A DNA stretch of 64,000 bases from Macrostomum lignano (Eukaryota), in the NCBI GenBank assembly GCA_002269645.1, contig NIVC01000829.1, forward strand, positions 374,256 through 438,255, given 5' to 3'. The notes under the pieces are model-generated. The model was not told the DNA's origin, made no database searches, and was given only the letters and a program-made list of their open reading frames with translations. Below, in pieces: positions 24,125 through 36,702 of this stretch (positions within the stretch are counted from its first letter, which is position 1; the number at the start of each line of letters is the position of its first letter). Position numbers and translations under genes: made by a program.

Positions 24125-26779
24125 ATGAGCTGCTGCTGCTCTGGAGGTGAGCCCGACGACTCGACAGCGGGCAACGATGTCGAGATGCAGGAGCGCGGTT
24201 CGTCGGCCCGCCAGCAGAAGGCCGACGAAGACCAGGCCTATCGGATCAAGATGAAGGATCGCAGCTGCACAGACGTTGTCTGCCTGGTTCTGTTCATTGT
24301 GTTCATCTGCGGCCTAGGAGTGGTGGCCTATTTCGCTAGTCAAGGAGATCCTTACACACTGATCTACCCTACCGATTCGCAAGGCAATTTGTGCGGCCGA
24401 TCCAATCAGACTGCCAACCAGCGCCACCTGGTGTTCTTCGACCTGCTCGAATGCTTCAAGATGGGCCCGAGAGCTATCATAGCGGGCGGCTGCCCAACTC
24501 CGCAGGTCAGTCAGTTAGTTTAATTACGTGTACATGCACAATGATGTTTACAGGGGATCAGTTGCTTTGACACTGCCGCAGTGATGCCGCCTGAACCCTG
24601 GATGAGCACAGCGGCCTTGACTTTCTCATGGGGGTTGGGCCCAGGGGCGTAGCTCTACCCCGCTTCTACCACATCTGTAGAGCAATCCGATGTCGATCGC
24701 TAAAAGTTATCTATCGCCGTCGGTTACCTCGGATACTTCGCGGCGGATGTCGGAATGTTGCACGGGTCAGTAGGCTGGCAGAAGCCATGGCGCCGCCTTA
24801 TACAGCAGCTTTGGCACCCCAGGCGCCCCTAGTGCTGGCAACCATGATGGTGTGGCGCCATCACCATGGCACGCCATCGAACCTTGGAGGTTACTCTGAC
24901 GTGTGCATTAGAGTCAGAGGCTAAGCTACCCTGCTCCCCCTCTCATCCGCAGGTGTGCGTCGAACGGTGTCCGAATCGCAATTGGGCCTGGATGGACCTG
25001 TGGGCTCGGGAGGAGGCGCCGGGCAGTTCTCGGGATGTCGCTCGACGCAAGCAGGAGATGGTGTGCCGCTACGGCGACCCGCAGAACAATACCCAGCTGA
25101 GCGTGTTCGAGCTGGTCAGTCAGGGCCTGTGCGCTCCGTATTATTTGAATTCGACTTCTGTAGGTGGCCGCTGCATACCGTCGATATTTGCTGACATTCC
25201 CAACCTGCTGGCTGGAATCGAATCGAAGGACGGCAACACACTGCGAACTGGCGATAACCTGACAGAGATCCGGTACACGGACATTGCCAATGCCAGCAGT
25301 TACCTGAGCTTGTTTCTAAGCACAATTACTGTTGCCCAAGACGCATTCAACGATGTGGTGACGAGTCGGTTCCTGATTCTTGGCGGCATCGGCATTGGAG
25401 CAGTGGTAGCTTTTATCTGGTGCGTCTTGCTTCGCTGCACAGCCGCCTTCATGGTCTACGGCAGTTTGCTAGTCTTCTTCCTAGTCTTTGTCGCCATTTC
25501 CGGCTACTGTTTCTGGATATATTTCTTCGACGTGACGTTGCAGTCGTTTCAGGACACGTTGGGCAATTCTTACTTCACTACAAACTTCTCCGTCTATCTG
25601 AGAATCAAGGAGACCTGGCTAGCGTTCGGCATCACATCCGGGATCGTGATGCTCATTGTTCTGCTAGTTCTGCTATGCCTTCGAAAACGACTGCAGCTCG
25701 CCATTGCACTGGTCCGCGAGGCCAGCAAAGCCATCGCTGGGATCTCCAGCGCCCTGTTCTTTCCGATCTGGCCGCTGCTGTTTCAAATTATTGTCATCGC
25801 AGCGTTCACTTTGAACGCAGTTCTGTTGGGCTCAACTGGTAAAAAGATGTTTGCCCAGACGAACAGCACCAGTAGAGAAAGTCAGCCCTGCGACAATGCC
25901 ACCGATTTCGTCACCTGTCAGTTTGTGCGGTACGGAAGCAACGAATGGTCCTATTACCTGCAGGGCTACAATTTATTTATGGGCTTCTGGTTGAGCGCGT
26001 TTGTCGTGTCGTTTGGTCAGCTGGTATTGGCTGGCGCCTTCGCCTCGTACTATTGGGCCTGGGAGAAGCCGAAGGACATACCGGCGCTGCCAATTCTCCA
26101 CTCGCTGGCTCGGGCAGTTCGCTACCATCTGGGCACAGTCGCGTTCGGCTCTCTGCTCATTGCCATCGTCAAATTCATCCGAGCCATTCTCAGCTATCTG
26201 GAGAGCAAACTGAAAGGCCGAGAGAATCTGTTTGTAAAATTCATTTTCTGCTGTTTGAAGTGCTTCTTCTGGTGTCTGGAGAAGTTTCTGAAGTTTCTAA
26301 CCAAGAATGCTTACATAGTCACAGCCATTAACGGTAAAAACTTTTGCTTAGCTGCCAAACAAGCGTTCGGAATTATTCTTAATAACTGCGTTCGATTTGC
26401 GGTGGTGGACAATGTGACCAGTTTTGTCCTATTCGTTGGCAAGCTCATCGTCACAGGCCTCATCACGGCTGTGGCCTTCCTTTTCTTTAACGGGCAAATC
26501 CGAATTCACTCGTCCCTAGAGGTGGACTTGCACTATTTCTTTGTGCCAGTAATTTTAATCGGCATTTCTACCTGGATCATATGTTCGCTATTCTTTAGCG
26601 TATTCGACTTTGCGGTGGACACGATGTTCCTCTGCGCAATGGTTGACGTGTCGAAAAACGACGGATCTAAGGAGAAGCCGTACTACATGTCGAAGGGTTT
26701 GATGAAAGCGCTGGACGTTAAAAATCAGTTTGTTGACGTTGACCCAGATGATAGAGAAGGTTGCTGCTGCTGTTGTTGA
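24125..26779 (+). CDS. SLC44A2: Choline transporter-like protein (SLC44/CTL2-CTL4-like); exons 24125-24505 and 24953-26779 (735 aa)
   Basis: DRSCTDV, YPTDSQGNLCG, CPTPQ|VCVERCP, RKRLQLAIALVREASKAI, RYHLGTVAFGSL, KFLTKNAYI and AVDTMFLC are CTL-family motifs, with about 10 TM segments. Donor CAG|GTCAGT at 24506 and acceptor CCGCAG|GT at 24952 join in phase 0. Assignment among the A2/A4/A5 paralogs is uncertain. Confidence 0.93.
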
Positions 26780-27661
26780 TTTCTGATTTGACTTTTGAGT
26801 CTTTGGATTGTGGATATTTTTACATTTCTGATTGTAGGCACAGAGTCTGGACATAATAAAGTTGTTAATTAAAACTTTTGCCTCTCTGAATCGACGCATC
26901 AATAACGTTATTGTTAACTGCTTTCTTCGAAACCCATGATTTGTCACCGTAGCTAAATATGTGTATATTTTTTTAATTTTGCCTATTGTTTAACTGATTT
27001 TTGCCATTGAAAAAAGTATTTTATTATCCCCAACATTTTTGTTGGTGTTAACGTAGACAGTGTAATTAAAATATAACTTGTCTGTCGATTTCGTTGCGAA
27101 CACAAAATATAAAAAATCATTTAATTTCCAATTAGTGATTGTTTTGTTTTATTTTAATAAACAGCAGAAACTATACACATTTAATGAAATTACAGCAAAA
27201 AATCAAGACTAGGTTGGTTAGTTCCACGTAGTTAGTATTTAATTTAGTACGTTTGATGCTCAACTATTGGCAGAGAGCTTTTAAGTTTGAGTGCAATTCG
27301 TACTTTAAATAACGTGGAACTAAGCCTGGCCGTCTCAACCTGTGCAAAAAGGGTCGACAGTTAAACAAATAGTTTTAGGTATCAGTAAGCAAATTTATCA
27401 AAATGCCTTAAATTTTTGGCAACTGAAAATTTAGTGGTTAACACGGAATTAAGCAGATCAATGCAGTTGTGGACTAATATATGCATATTAACAGCGAAAA
27501 TTACACGAGACTTTCTGTTGCAGATCTACTGACTTCACTAATTAGAGCTTCTAACTACCAGTGCTAAAGCTATAGTGAAACAAAAAAAATTAATACTTAC
27601 AGTCGGAAAAGTTGAATATTAGTATCGTACAACAGAAACAAGTGGTTGAAAGAGCAAGTTG

Positions 27662-30600
27662 TCAAGGTGCACTGCACCGTCTCTGTCCATGCAGACTGTT
27701 CATCGATCGAAGCCAAAACACGGTGTGCGAATTGTCAACGTACAGCAGGTCCTCGCCGTCCGAACCGAGGACCACCGTCTTGTTGACGCCCTGTCGGCTG
27801 TAGAGTGGCACCAGGCTGATGCGAGCTGGGTCCAACTGGTCGTGCTTGATGAAGTCCTGATCAGTCATGCAGCATAGAATCCACACGCAGCGATCGCAGG
27901 CCATCACTAGTCGGTAGCGAGTGTTACCGTCGCTCACGAAACCGGAGTTGACTGACCAGGCCAGGCTGACACTCGACTCGCTGACGCAATCGGCCCCAGT
28001 TGCTTGAAGCGTTGTTGGCACCGGATGACAATCGAGCAGTGTTTGAATATTTCTCACCTCCATGGTAGGCAGGTGCCACAGGGAGAAACGACCGTCATCG
28101 TAGGCGCCAGCCAGCAGGTGACTCCTCGGCGCGAATTTGACGCAACGCAATGGCTGAACACTGCGCGATTTTACTGCGATTGCCTCTCTTGTTGCAATGT
28201 TCCACAGCACCAGTCGTCCATTGCTGAGGCCGCCGGCTCCAAAGCGACCATCGTCGCTGACATCAAAACTAACCAGAAATGTAGCGTCCTCTTGGATCAC
28301 CTCAGCGATGCTTCCATTGGCGATGATATCCAGCGATTCCGTAACGAAGTTCCAATCGGACTCAGTTAGCACTACCGCCCTGGCTTCTTTGTGGCTATCG
28401 ATGGCTTGAGGCATACGAAGCGGTAGGAGATGCGTGTGAAAGATATTCTCGGTTTTTACGCGTTGGAAATTGGCATCGTAAACTACCAACTGATTCCATC
28501 TGTTCGACCCAATGAACCCGCGGTTGCTAGGAAGCATCACGAGATCGCGGATCCAGATCGGTTCAACTTTATACGTAAATTGCCAGCTACCATCTTCGGC
28601 TTCTGTTGCTTTTACCACGCCGTTTGGTAGTGCAAAAACTGCCGACTTACCGCCCGCAGCCATGCAGACTGCCGAGACCTTGCCTAGCTGGAAGCCCTCG
28701 CCCTTGTACTTTCCGATGTGCTTAAGGTTTCCATTTTCTGTCGACTCCAGAATCAGCAGAGACCTGCGCACTGATTGGCACGCCATCACCATCCGATTGT
28801 TTGGCGTGGACACGGCGTCATAGACGGTGCGCAATCGCAGAGTGCAGCACTCGTTCCCAAAGAAAATGGAGCTTTGCCTATTCACTTTTCGTTGAAAGCA
28901 GGGCGACGAAGAGGTAACGCGGACGATCCATTTAGTTAAGACACTTTCGCTTGAAACCTCCGACAGAGAAAATAGATACTTGGATTGGAACGTCAGACAG
29001 CGAGCCCTAGTGCCTGTTCCATTGAGTTCGTCGACCAGCTCTAGCGTGGCACCGCTACCAATCACAGAAGCGTCAGTGGCCACTCGGTAGAGGTAAATAT
29101 GAGCCCGGCTTGTGCTCACTGCCAGATGAGCGCCATCCTTGGACAATGCGAGACTTGTGAACTCGGTATAATTCTGGCACTGCTCAGTCAGTAAAGTGTC
29201 TAGCGTAAAAGAGTCCCATAGACGGATTTCGTGCTTTGAGATCGAAATGATCCATTTGGACTGGCCTAGCACGCCTAGCACAGACTGGATCGGTGGCTCG
29301 CGCAGTTCCTGGAAGCCGGTGTACTTTCGAACACTGGACGACGTCACGTTGTCATTTGGCCTTGTTTCGTATACGTACACGCAGTAGTCCGGTCCGCTGA
29401 CTGCGATAGAAGAATCTCTACTAGCAATGTGTCTTACGCACAACTCATCCGTGGCTTGCATGTCGATCTGGTAGTCATAGCAACAATTAATAAATGTACT
29501 TGTGACAGTCAACTCGTAAATTCTTCCGTTCTGGCTACCGACAATAAGTTTCTGATCGTCGGTAAAACACATTGCCGTAAATTCGTCGTCTGGTCGTTTC
29601 TCGTCTTGCCACACAAGTTGCGCCGGCGCCCTTTCTTCTTCCTTCTCGCTGCTGTACGTTCTAGTCCGTGGTCGTTCAATAGGAAAAAGCATCGTGTAGC
29701 GCTTGTTGTGACCTGGCAACGCTGGTGACATCAAACTGTTGGTTTCAAGAGCGAATTCCGGGAGCCGGTATCTTACTAGTCTCGACGCCGTGAGTAGCCA
29801 AATTGATTCTTTGTCAGAACCAAAGAAGGCGGTCACTACTGGGTCATTGTCGAACTCCTTGTCCTGGCGGCGGTACAGGGTACTTCTCGAGTTTAAATCT
29901 TTGATAACGACTGAGCAATCGCTTACAACAGCGACGTGAGTTAATTCGTCGTTCAAGGTGTAAGACGTGACGTTGCAGCCGAGCTCCAGAGTGTCCATAA
30001 TCTGTTCTTCCGTTTGTGCCTTATTCATCCAGTGGAAGAAGCAGGCACTATGCTCGTGCTGGAAGACCCATTCCTTGACATGCTGCTGCAGACTGTCACC
30101 CTCGGCGAAGCTCAGCGCGAGCTGAACCAAAGAAGATGTCGAAGTTGATTGACCGCCGGCAAGGCCGAGGCTCTGGATTCGAAAGACTGGCGAACGGATG
30201 AACTTATCCATTTCTTGCCAAGTGTCGCCCAGTTTAAGCGCCTTTAGCGCGAATCGATAGCAAAATGCTAGACTGTCAGGACCAATGCTACAGCAAAGCC
30301 AGGACAGGAAGTCAAAGTCAAGCAGCAGGTCCTTTTTATCATCAATCGGCACATGGCTATCAATGACCAGATGGTACACAAAATTCTCGGCCAAGTAGTT
30401 ACAGTCGTCTTCCATGTCATGCCAGCTGGAGCAGTCTTCTCTACTCTGCAGGACGTTCTTAACGAACTCGCTATTGTATTGAGCTGTCTCCTTTTGGAAC
30501 TTTGATTGCAAACCGGACACAATAATGTCATGCAGAGTGAAAGTCTGCATGTCCGCCTTGATCTTCTCTTCGGTAGCAATGGATCGGCGAACGAACTTCT

Positions 30601-31888
30601 CCAAAGTCTCGCGAGCTTCCTCTTCATCTAGGTCAGTCCAGCAGTAGGCGGATAGGAACGCCGGCGAGAGAAGACTGTTGCTCATGAAGATCGACAGTCG
30701 CAGATACAAACTCTTGTCGTCTTCTTGTAGATCCTCTACGCTGACCATGATGGCATCGCTGATGTTCTCGTAGTGATAGTCCCCGGCCTCCACGTTTTCG
30801 GAGCTGAATGCGGTGTTTTTGTACTTTTTAAAGAAGTACTCAAATCTGGACATGCTGCTCTGGGAGAGCAGGCTGCCAAAAATAGAAACTACGAAAGGGC
30901 TTCCATTGCAACCCTCGTGAATGCGCTTGAAGCAGCTCGTTGTTTCGCTGTTGGGCCGTTCTCCCTCTTGAAGAACCATTTGGTTGAGTAGGCTGATGCT
31001 GGAACTCTCCGTGAATCCTCTATCTACGTGAATGGTCTCGGTTCGGCCGTGCTCGCCGCGCTGCACTCTACTGAGAATGTCCGAAGACCTGCTAGTGATG
31101 AGAATTCGCGCCTGTACGTTGAAGAACTTTGGTACCATGGGATCCCAGACATCGTCGAGAATAATTAGGCAGATTGGATAGTTCTTGATCAGAGTAGATC
31201 GCAGCATGTCTCGAGCCGCTTCAAGATCAACTGGCGGTTGAAATCTGCTGCTACTATCGAGGCGCTTGCAAAAATTTTGCATCTTTAACAGCAGCTGGGC
31301 ATCTCGCTCTTTGTCATTGTTTGACAGCTTACCAATGTGCACCCAGAACACTTTGTTGTAGAAATAGGCGGCGATCCGTCTCTGAGAACTGCAGAAGCCT
31401 CGGACGGCCTGAGCGGCCATGATCGACTTGCCAGAGCCGGCCTGGCCCCAGATGACGATCCAGCCGCCGTCTCGCCTTTGCGACAGTTTGACCAGGTGAT
31501 CCTTGAGCTGGACAACGAATTCCAATTCAACGTTTCCTTGAGGCAGGACTGGGATGCCGCCTTCAATGAAGATTGCTTCGCATTGGTCTGAGTTTAGTGC
31601 TGTCTGCGGACTGCTCTTAGCTTCGACAAGCTTCTGCCATACGTGCTTATATGGGGCTTTGATGCTGTCAAGAAAGATTTCGAACGAGTGCGGTTTATTT
31701 CTTTCCACGATAATGTCAACTAAAGTATTGGTCTGCTGACCGGTGGACTTCGCTGCATGAATGCGCTCCTTATCGGCGACGCTGAGCACTCCTTTGCTAA
31801 TCAACTCGTCCTCGATGTCTCGCACGTCAACGTCAGAAATGGCGCTTCCTTTCAGCGCCAGCAGAGCCGCCCTCTTCTGCGACTCCAT
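27662..31888 (-). CDS. APAF1: Apoptotic protease-activating factor 1-like (CARD + NB-ARC + WHD + divergent WD40), single-exon CDS, 1408 aa from ATG 31888
   Basis: N-terminal CARD-like helices; GGIPVLP; Walker A GQAGSGKS; VFWVHIG; LLLKMQNFCKRLD; Walker B LIILDDVWD; sensor I ILITSR; CNGSPFVVSIFGSLL; FTLHD. These are collinear with human APAF1. WD-like repeats follow in the C-terminal half. The upstream TTG extension in the ORF track is not considered the start. Confidence 0.93.
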   Translation of the reverse strand: MESQKRAALLALKGSAISDVDVRDIEDELISKGVLSVADKERIHAAKSTGQQTNTLVDIIVERNKPHSFEIFLDSIKAPYKHVWQKLVEAKSSPQTALNSDQCEAIFIEGGIPVLPQGNVELEFVVQLKDHLVKLSQRRDGGWIVIWGQAGSGKSIMAAQAVRGFCSSQRRIAAYFYNKVFWVHIGKLSNNDKERDAQLLLKMQNFCKRLDSSSRFQPPVDLEAARDMLRSTLIKNYPICLIILDDVWDPMVPKFFNVQARILITSRSSDILSRVQRGEHGRTETIHVDRGFTESSSISLLNQMVLQEGERPNSETTSCFKRIHEGCNGSPFVVSIFGSLLSQSSMSRFEYFFKKYKNTAFSSENVEAGDYHYENISDAIMVSVEDLQEDDKSLYLRLSIFMSNSLLSPAFLSAYCWTDLDEEEARETLEKFVRRSIATEEKIKADMQTFTLHDIIVSGLQSKFQKETAQYNSEFVKNVLQSREDCSSWHDMEDDCNYLAENFVYHLVIDSHVPIDDKKDLLLDFDFLSWLCCSIGPDSLAFCYRFALKALKLGDTWQEMDKFIRSPVFRIQSLGLAGGQSTSTSSLVQLALSFAEGDSLQQHVKEWVFQHEHSACFFHWMNKAQTEEQIMDTLELGCNVTSYTLNDELTHVAVVSDCSVVIKDLNSRSTLYRRQDKEFDNDPVVTAFFGSDKESIWLLTASRLVRYRLPEFALETNSLMSPALPGHNKRYTMLFPIERPRTRTYSSEKEEERAPAQLVWQDEKRPDDEFTAMCFTDDQKLIVGSQNGRIYELTVTSTFINCCYDYQIDMQATDELCVRHIASRDSSIAVSGPDYCVYVYETRPNDNVTSSSVRKYTGFQELREPPIQSVLGVLGQSKWIISISKHEIRLWDSFTLDTLLTEQCQNYTEFTSLALSKDGAHLAVSTSRAHIYLYRVATDASVIGSGATLELVDELNGTGTRARCLTFQSKYLFSLSEVSSESVLTKWIVRVTSSSPCFQRKVNRQSSIFFGNECCTLRLRTVYDAVSTPNNRMVMACQSVRRSLLILESTENGNLKHIGKYKGEGFQLGKVSAVCMAAGGKSAVFALPNGVVKATEAEDGSWQFTYKVEPIWIRDLVMLPSNRGFIGSNRWNQLVVYDANFQRVKTENIFHTHLLPLRMPQAIDSHKEARAVVLTESDWNFVTESLDIIANGSIAEVIQEDATFLVSFDVSDDGRFGAGGLSNGRLVLWNIATREAIAVKSRSVQPLRCVKFAPRSHLLAGAYDDGRFSLWHLPTMEVRNIQTLLDCHPVPTTLQATGADCVSESSVSLAWSVNSGFVSDGNTRYRLVMACDRCVWILCCMTDQDFIKHDQLDPARISLVPLYSRQGVNKTVVLGSDGEDLLYVDNSHTVFWLRSMNSLHGQRRCSAP

Positions 31889-34584
31889 TCTTGTTGGGTC
31901 TTGAATGCTGCTAGCCGAAAGTTGCAATTGCAAATTCTCTCTTGACGATTATCCACTTGCCCTCGGCTGTGGACAGAAAGACCTGCGTTTTATAGCGGGC
32001 TAGATGTGTTATTCAAAAGCTGAAATTCTGTGCTTAGCTTTTCTTCTGTCTTTCTTTCCTGTCTTCTCTTCCTTTTTTATCATTCGCAATTACTGCAGCT
32101 GTTTATAGTGTTTCAGCTGACGCACAAGCCAGCGCACACTGTGTTAGTGGTGACGTACGTTACTAAAAAAGTAAACAATGGGCGCATTTACAATAGAGCA
32201 ATATAAAATCGTCCCATGACTGTACACCTAACGCTGCATGCGAGTTTGTAGATCATGTGTAGTTGCTTTTTTTTAGCATTTTTATATGTTTTTTTATAGC
32301 CATTACGCTATAGCGTCGATTCCGTAGTGTCACGAGACGGGCGGGATTGCTATTATAGTATGGAGTGAATTACCGCCTTAAATGAGCAATCATCGTTGAT
32401 TTGTTTTAGACTAATTCTGCACCACAGCCTGACCACTGCAGGATCAGGCAAGGCAACCTACACCAGTTTAAATATATAACTTTTTACAGGCAAAAAGTGA
32501 ATAAAGTTTATTTTTAAATCAGGTGACAACTCGTAATTCCTAAAAAGATTAAAAAACTACGAGTATTAAAAATTGTTCCGTTCTAAAAGCACAAGGATTT
32601 TAATTATAGCGTGCGACGCTTCAGTGTCTGTTTTAAAATAAATTGCAATTGTACGTGTAGGAACTTATACGTAATTTTGTAGCATTTTTCCTGATTTTTT
32701 AGAGAAATGACTCATCGTCAAATTTATAACTATCTAGGCCTAAGAGGCACGCCCGCTTTTTATTCTATCTGTGTACCTGAGTTGATTTAAATTGACAGAA
32801 TTAAGAAAGTATTTCCATGAAAACAAAAATTTTTAGGCATTTTAGTTCTGAGGCACTACAAAATTGCAGGTACAGTTTTACTAATGCTAAAATTTTTATC
32901 GACACCCAGCGGCCGTATGTTTCCCCCGACGTCCGTTATCGGATCTGTGGCTCAGTGACGTACCCCCCCCCATTGATCGCCTGCCAAAAATGGTCTGATG
33001 AGGCGACGGCCCATCAGCTCAGTATCAGGTGGTATAGTGTATCGAGATCAGTGACGGCGGTTGGCTAACGCGGTACTTTTATCGCTGCGCCGTCCAGCTG
33101 GTCCATCCAAGCGACCTTTTTCAAAGTAGGCCACCACAATTTGCAAGCCATGTCGTCTGCGCAGAGGCGCAAGCGACATGGCATCTGCGCAAAATTTATT
33201 CATTTGAGGTTTCACCATAAGAAAATAATTCGCTTCTCAAATTCGTGGCAATTGCTACAACTAATGACTATCAACTAATCGGAGTTCGGATCAAAGGAGA
33301 GCCAGCTAGCGCCACTTCCCCAGAGGACATTCTGTTTCTCAAACTTAGCAGATCCTTGTCTCTGCTCTGTGCCATTCTTAGCAGATCTTCTCAATCTGCT
33401 CGGTTCTTGCAGGATCTTCTAATTGAAGGGATGTACATTTGTTTTGTCATTCATTTGGCCAAGAGTGTTCTAGCTTCGTTATTTTTTATTTTATGGCAAA
33501 ATGGGACAATAAATTTAATAGAATATTCGATTCGAAGCTATATAAAAAGATATACATGCAAAAGTTATTTGATCTAGTACGCTAGCAAGTCGCCCAGATC
33601 TGGTTTACCTAAGTATTAATCAAAGCGAAGATCTTGAACGTTCTTGAAAGTACTTGCGCAGCAACCCGACGAGAAGATAGATAAGATCTGTTAAGAATCA
33701 ACATGTCTTCTAGCGCATACATGTATATGCAGCCCTGATCTGGCCATCGCTGACTTTCATGATCTATTTGGCGCGATGATCGAAGTAGATGCCGATGCGT
33801 GAAGAAGTCGTAGACGTGCAGCAATAAACAAGTCTCTGTTTCAGTTGATGCCAGTTTTTGGAAAGGCTGCTGGTTTTGACAAATTAATTGAGGAGCTCTA
33901 ACTGAAAGTGCATATCGCTCTCTGAACGCGAATTTGTGTGGAGCGCGACAGCAGCCAGCCTTTTGGATGCATCGGGCGACAAAAGACGACAGTGATAGTG
34001 ATTGGTATACATGCAAGTACAGTTTACATGTAGCTGCAGGCAGTTCAAAATCGTATTTTGTGACTGAGTATGATACGCGTACGGCGCGTTGTGTGGTCGG
34101 TGAGATTTTGATATGAAGGTTATCCGAATGATTGTTCTTTTTACTGATAAACTGAAATGAATTACAAAAGTTGACTAAATACAGTTTGTACGTTATTTGT
34201 CTGTTTCAAGAAAATATTGCCGAAATGGCAGGCTTTCTAGCCCGGTAACGTAATCCATGAGCATCTCTTGTACAATGCAGTGTGGAATCGACGGAATGTA
34301 ACTTGATAATCAAAATTGCTTTTGCTCTCAGCGCCACCGTGACATATCGAGCAGAACCTGACCCACGTTGCTTTTCACTTGTATTTTTTGGGTGCAGAGT
34401 TGATTTACACATCCATGTGATTTATAAATGTGATTTACATATATGTAGCCGCGTATTCTTGAATTTGAACTGCCGGGACTTCTTTAGTCAGAGAAAACTT
34501 GATTTATTTGCGTTCCAGCTTGCTTGATTAAATAGACTGACCGCGATGGGGGAGGGCAGGGTGAAAAACGCAGCTTAGAAAATC

Positions 34585-34725
34585 CTAACCAATCGGATTT
34601 CGTCGATAGGGTAGGCACTAAGCATTCTATTGGTTGGGGCTCGTTATTCACGCGTTTTCAGCCAATCAGAAACAAAAAGAAATTTCTAGAAAAGGCTATA
34701 CGCAGGGGTGGGGTGACGCAGAAAG
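34585..34725. promoter_or_regulatory. Candidate promoter: cluster of three CCAAT boxes
   Basis: CCAAT at 34589, ATTGG at 34629 and GCCAATCA at 34661 in a GC-richer island between the divergent APAF1 and C19orf47-like genes. Motif-only evidence. Confidence 0.3.
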
Positions 34726-36262
34726 AAATACGGAGAAAACAACCGAAAACACTAGAAGTGCACGCGCACGCAAATTGAGCACTATTACATATATATAAAA
34801 ATAGCATTAATTCTTATTTTCAATTCTACTTTACTGAGATTAAGTTTATTGTGTTTGCTATAATTATCGTCGTTGATTTACTTTTTGTTAAAACTTTAAT
34901 ATACTTGAGTTCAACTTATAATTTATCGAAGAAAAAATGATCGAAAGCCTTTCGATTTCGATTTTGGTCTGCGCAAGCTCTCCGGCTGCGTGATGGCTGA
35001 TGGTGTACGGTACGGTCTACCAGGCTAGTCCTATCTAGGCCCTATCCTACACGCACGCCGTCGTTGTATAGGGTATATGGCCTAGGCCTATCTTCATATC
35101 TATGACTCCTGCCATTCCAATCCTGGCAATGGCAAGGAAAAGTCTAGAAATTAAAGGGTCTCTAGACTCTAGGTAGGCCTACTCCATGTGCTGATGTGCA
35201 CAATCGCACAGAAAACATTAGGGATTCTGGACTGTCTAGTCTACCTTATAGCTTATATTTTTGGACAATACAATAAGTCATAACTTACTAGCTTACTAGC
35301 TATCTACTAAGCCATGGCTAAGTTAGCTAAGGCCTAGGCCTAGTTCTTCAAAACTAGCTGCTCTTGATATATCATAGGCCTAGGCCCTATTCATGATTAT
35401 AAATATAGGCCTAGGTCCTATGAGTTGGCAACTTGGCTATGACTAATTTCACATGACAACTAATGATTCAATGATTCTTATTAATATTATAAACAGTTAT
35501 TGAGTTATACTCTAACCAATTTTTTTTCTTATAGTAGGCTATCCTAGAAGCATAGGCCTAATATAAGGCCAGGGCCTAGGGAGGCCTATTATACCATAGC
35601 CAAGGAAGGCAACCAGTGAACCAGTTACAGTATAGTTAGGCTGGGAACTAATTAAAAGGGCAACATCATCATCAGGGCCTAGGCAATAGTCAAAAAGGTG
35701 CCAGTCAAAACATTAATTATAACTTCACATGTATATACTATATAGATTTATATATAGGGCCTATTTCTAGACTTATGTTATATTATACATTTATATATTT
35801 TAATTAATTTTCTAGGCCCCTTCGCTATTTTATAATATCCCACTGATTTGTCACTAAGTTGTTATAAAGATATATTTCTCTCTTTTAAGATTTTACTAAT
35901 TTGTACTAACCTATTATTTCTAAGAATCCTACTTTTAAAACTACATGTATTATATGTTATGGACTATCGTCCATAGAATTACCCTGGGTAGCTTCAGTGC
36001 CCAAGTGGCAAAACACTGCTGAATACTACTAAGCTTTTAAACTATACAGTCCAAATAGGGTGTTCGAAGACTGAGAGGTTTCTGGCTTTTAGTACTGTCT
36101 TTCACAACTTAAAACTGCATCATGCTTAGCTGCAACAGCCTGAATCTATTTCTTGGTAATCCTCCTTTTCTACTGGGCAATCCACCCTTTCTTTTATTAA
36201 GCAAAACGCTTGTTCGGCAATCCCTACTTAACTGCACTGGAAAAACACTCTTTCTATCCAAC

Positions 36263-36702
36263 CCATAGTCCGGATCATGGCAGGCGTACGCCGGAGTGAA
36301 AATTCGTGTCTTTTCAATTTTACGCCGACATAAAGTTCAAAAAATTTTTACGCCAAGTCAAAAGTTGTTTATACGCCAACTTTTTAAAGAATTTGTATTT
36401 TTTAAAACTTAAAAATAATTATTTACTTGAAAACGGCTGATTTTTTCCAAAAACTAATATTCTTTGTTTTAATTTTGTTTTCTCGTAAATTTCGTTAATA
36501 TTTTCTGTTTTGTTAACCCTTTATTTTCAGAAGAGCTTTGGTTAATTGATATTTAACTACACGATTGCATCAGCCCTGAACTTTTCTATTTCTTGTACGC
36601 CGGTTGTTTACACTTCATGTTGAACCTGAATATTCTATACGCCAAATGTACGCCAAGATTGTCAGCGAGTGCAAAATTACGCCGGAAAATTCCGGACTAT
36701 GG
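36263..36702. mobile_element. 440-bp MITE with 12-bp TIR and 8-bp TSD (hAT or P superfamily)
   Basis: TIRs CCATAGTCCGGA / TCCGGACTATGG. Perfect TSD TATCCAAC at 36255-36262 and 36703-36710. Subterminal TACGCC motifs. Confidence 0.85.

Noticed and set aside
24628-24952. 98-aa ORF and the N-terminal extension of the 637-aa ORF
   Set aside because: Both lie within the SLC44 intron defined by the conserved CPTPQ|VCVERCP junction.
27662-31933. Prokaryotic STAND/Avs antiviral NTPase interpretation; also the many short + strand ORFs overlapping it
   Set aside because: CARD plus residue-level collinearity with animal APAF1 in an intron-containing genome. The overlapping ORFs are antisense shadows.
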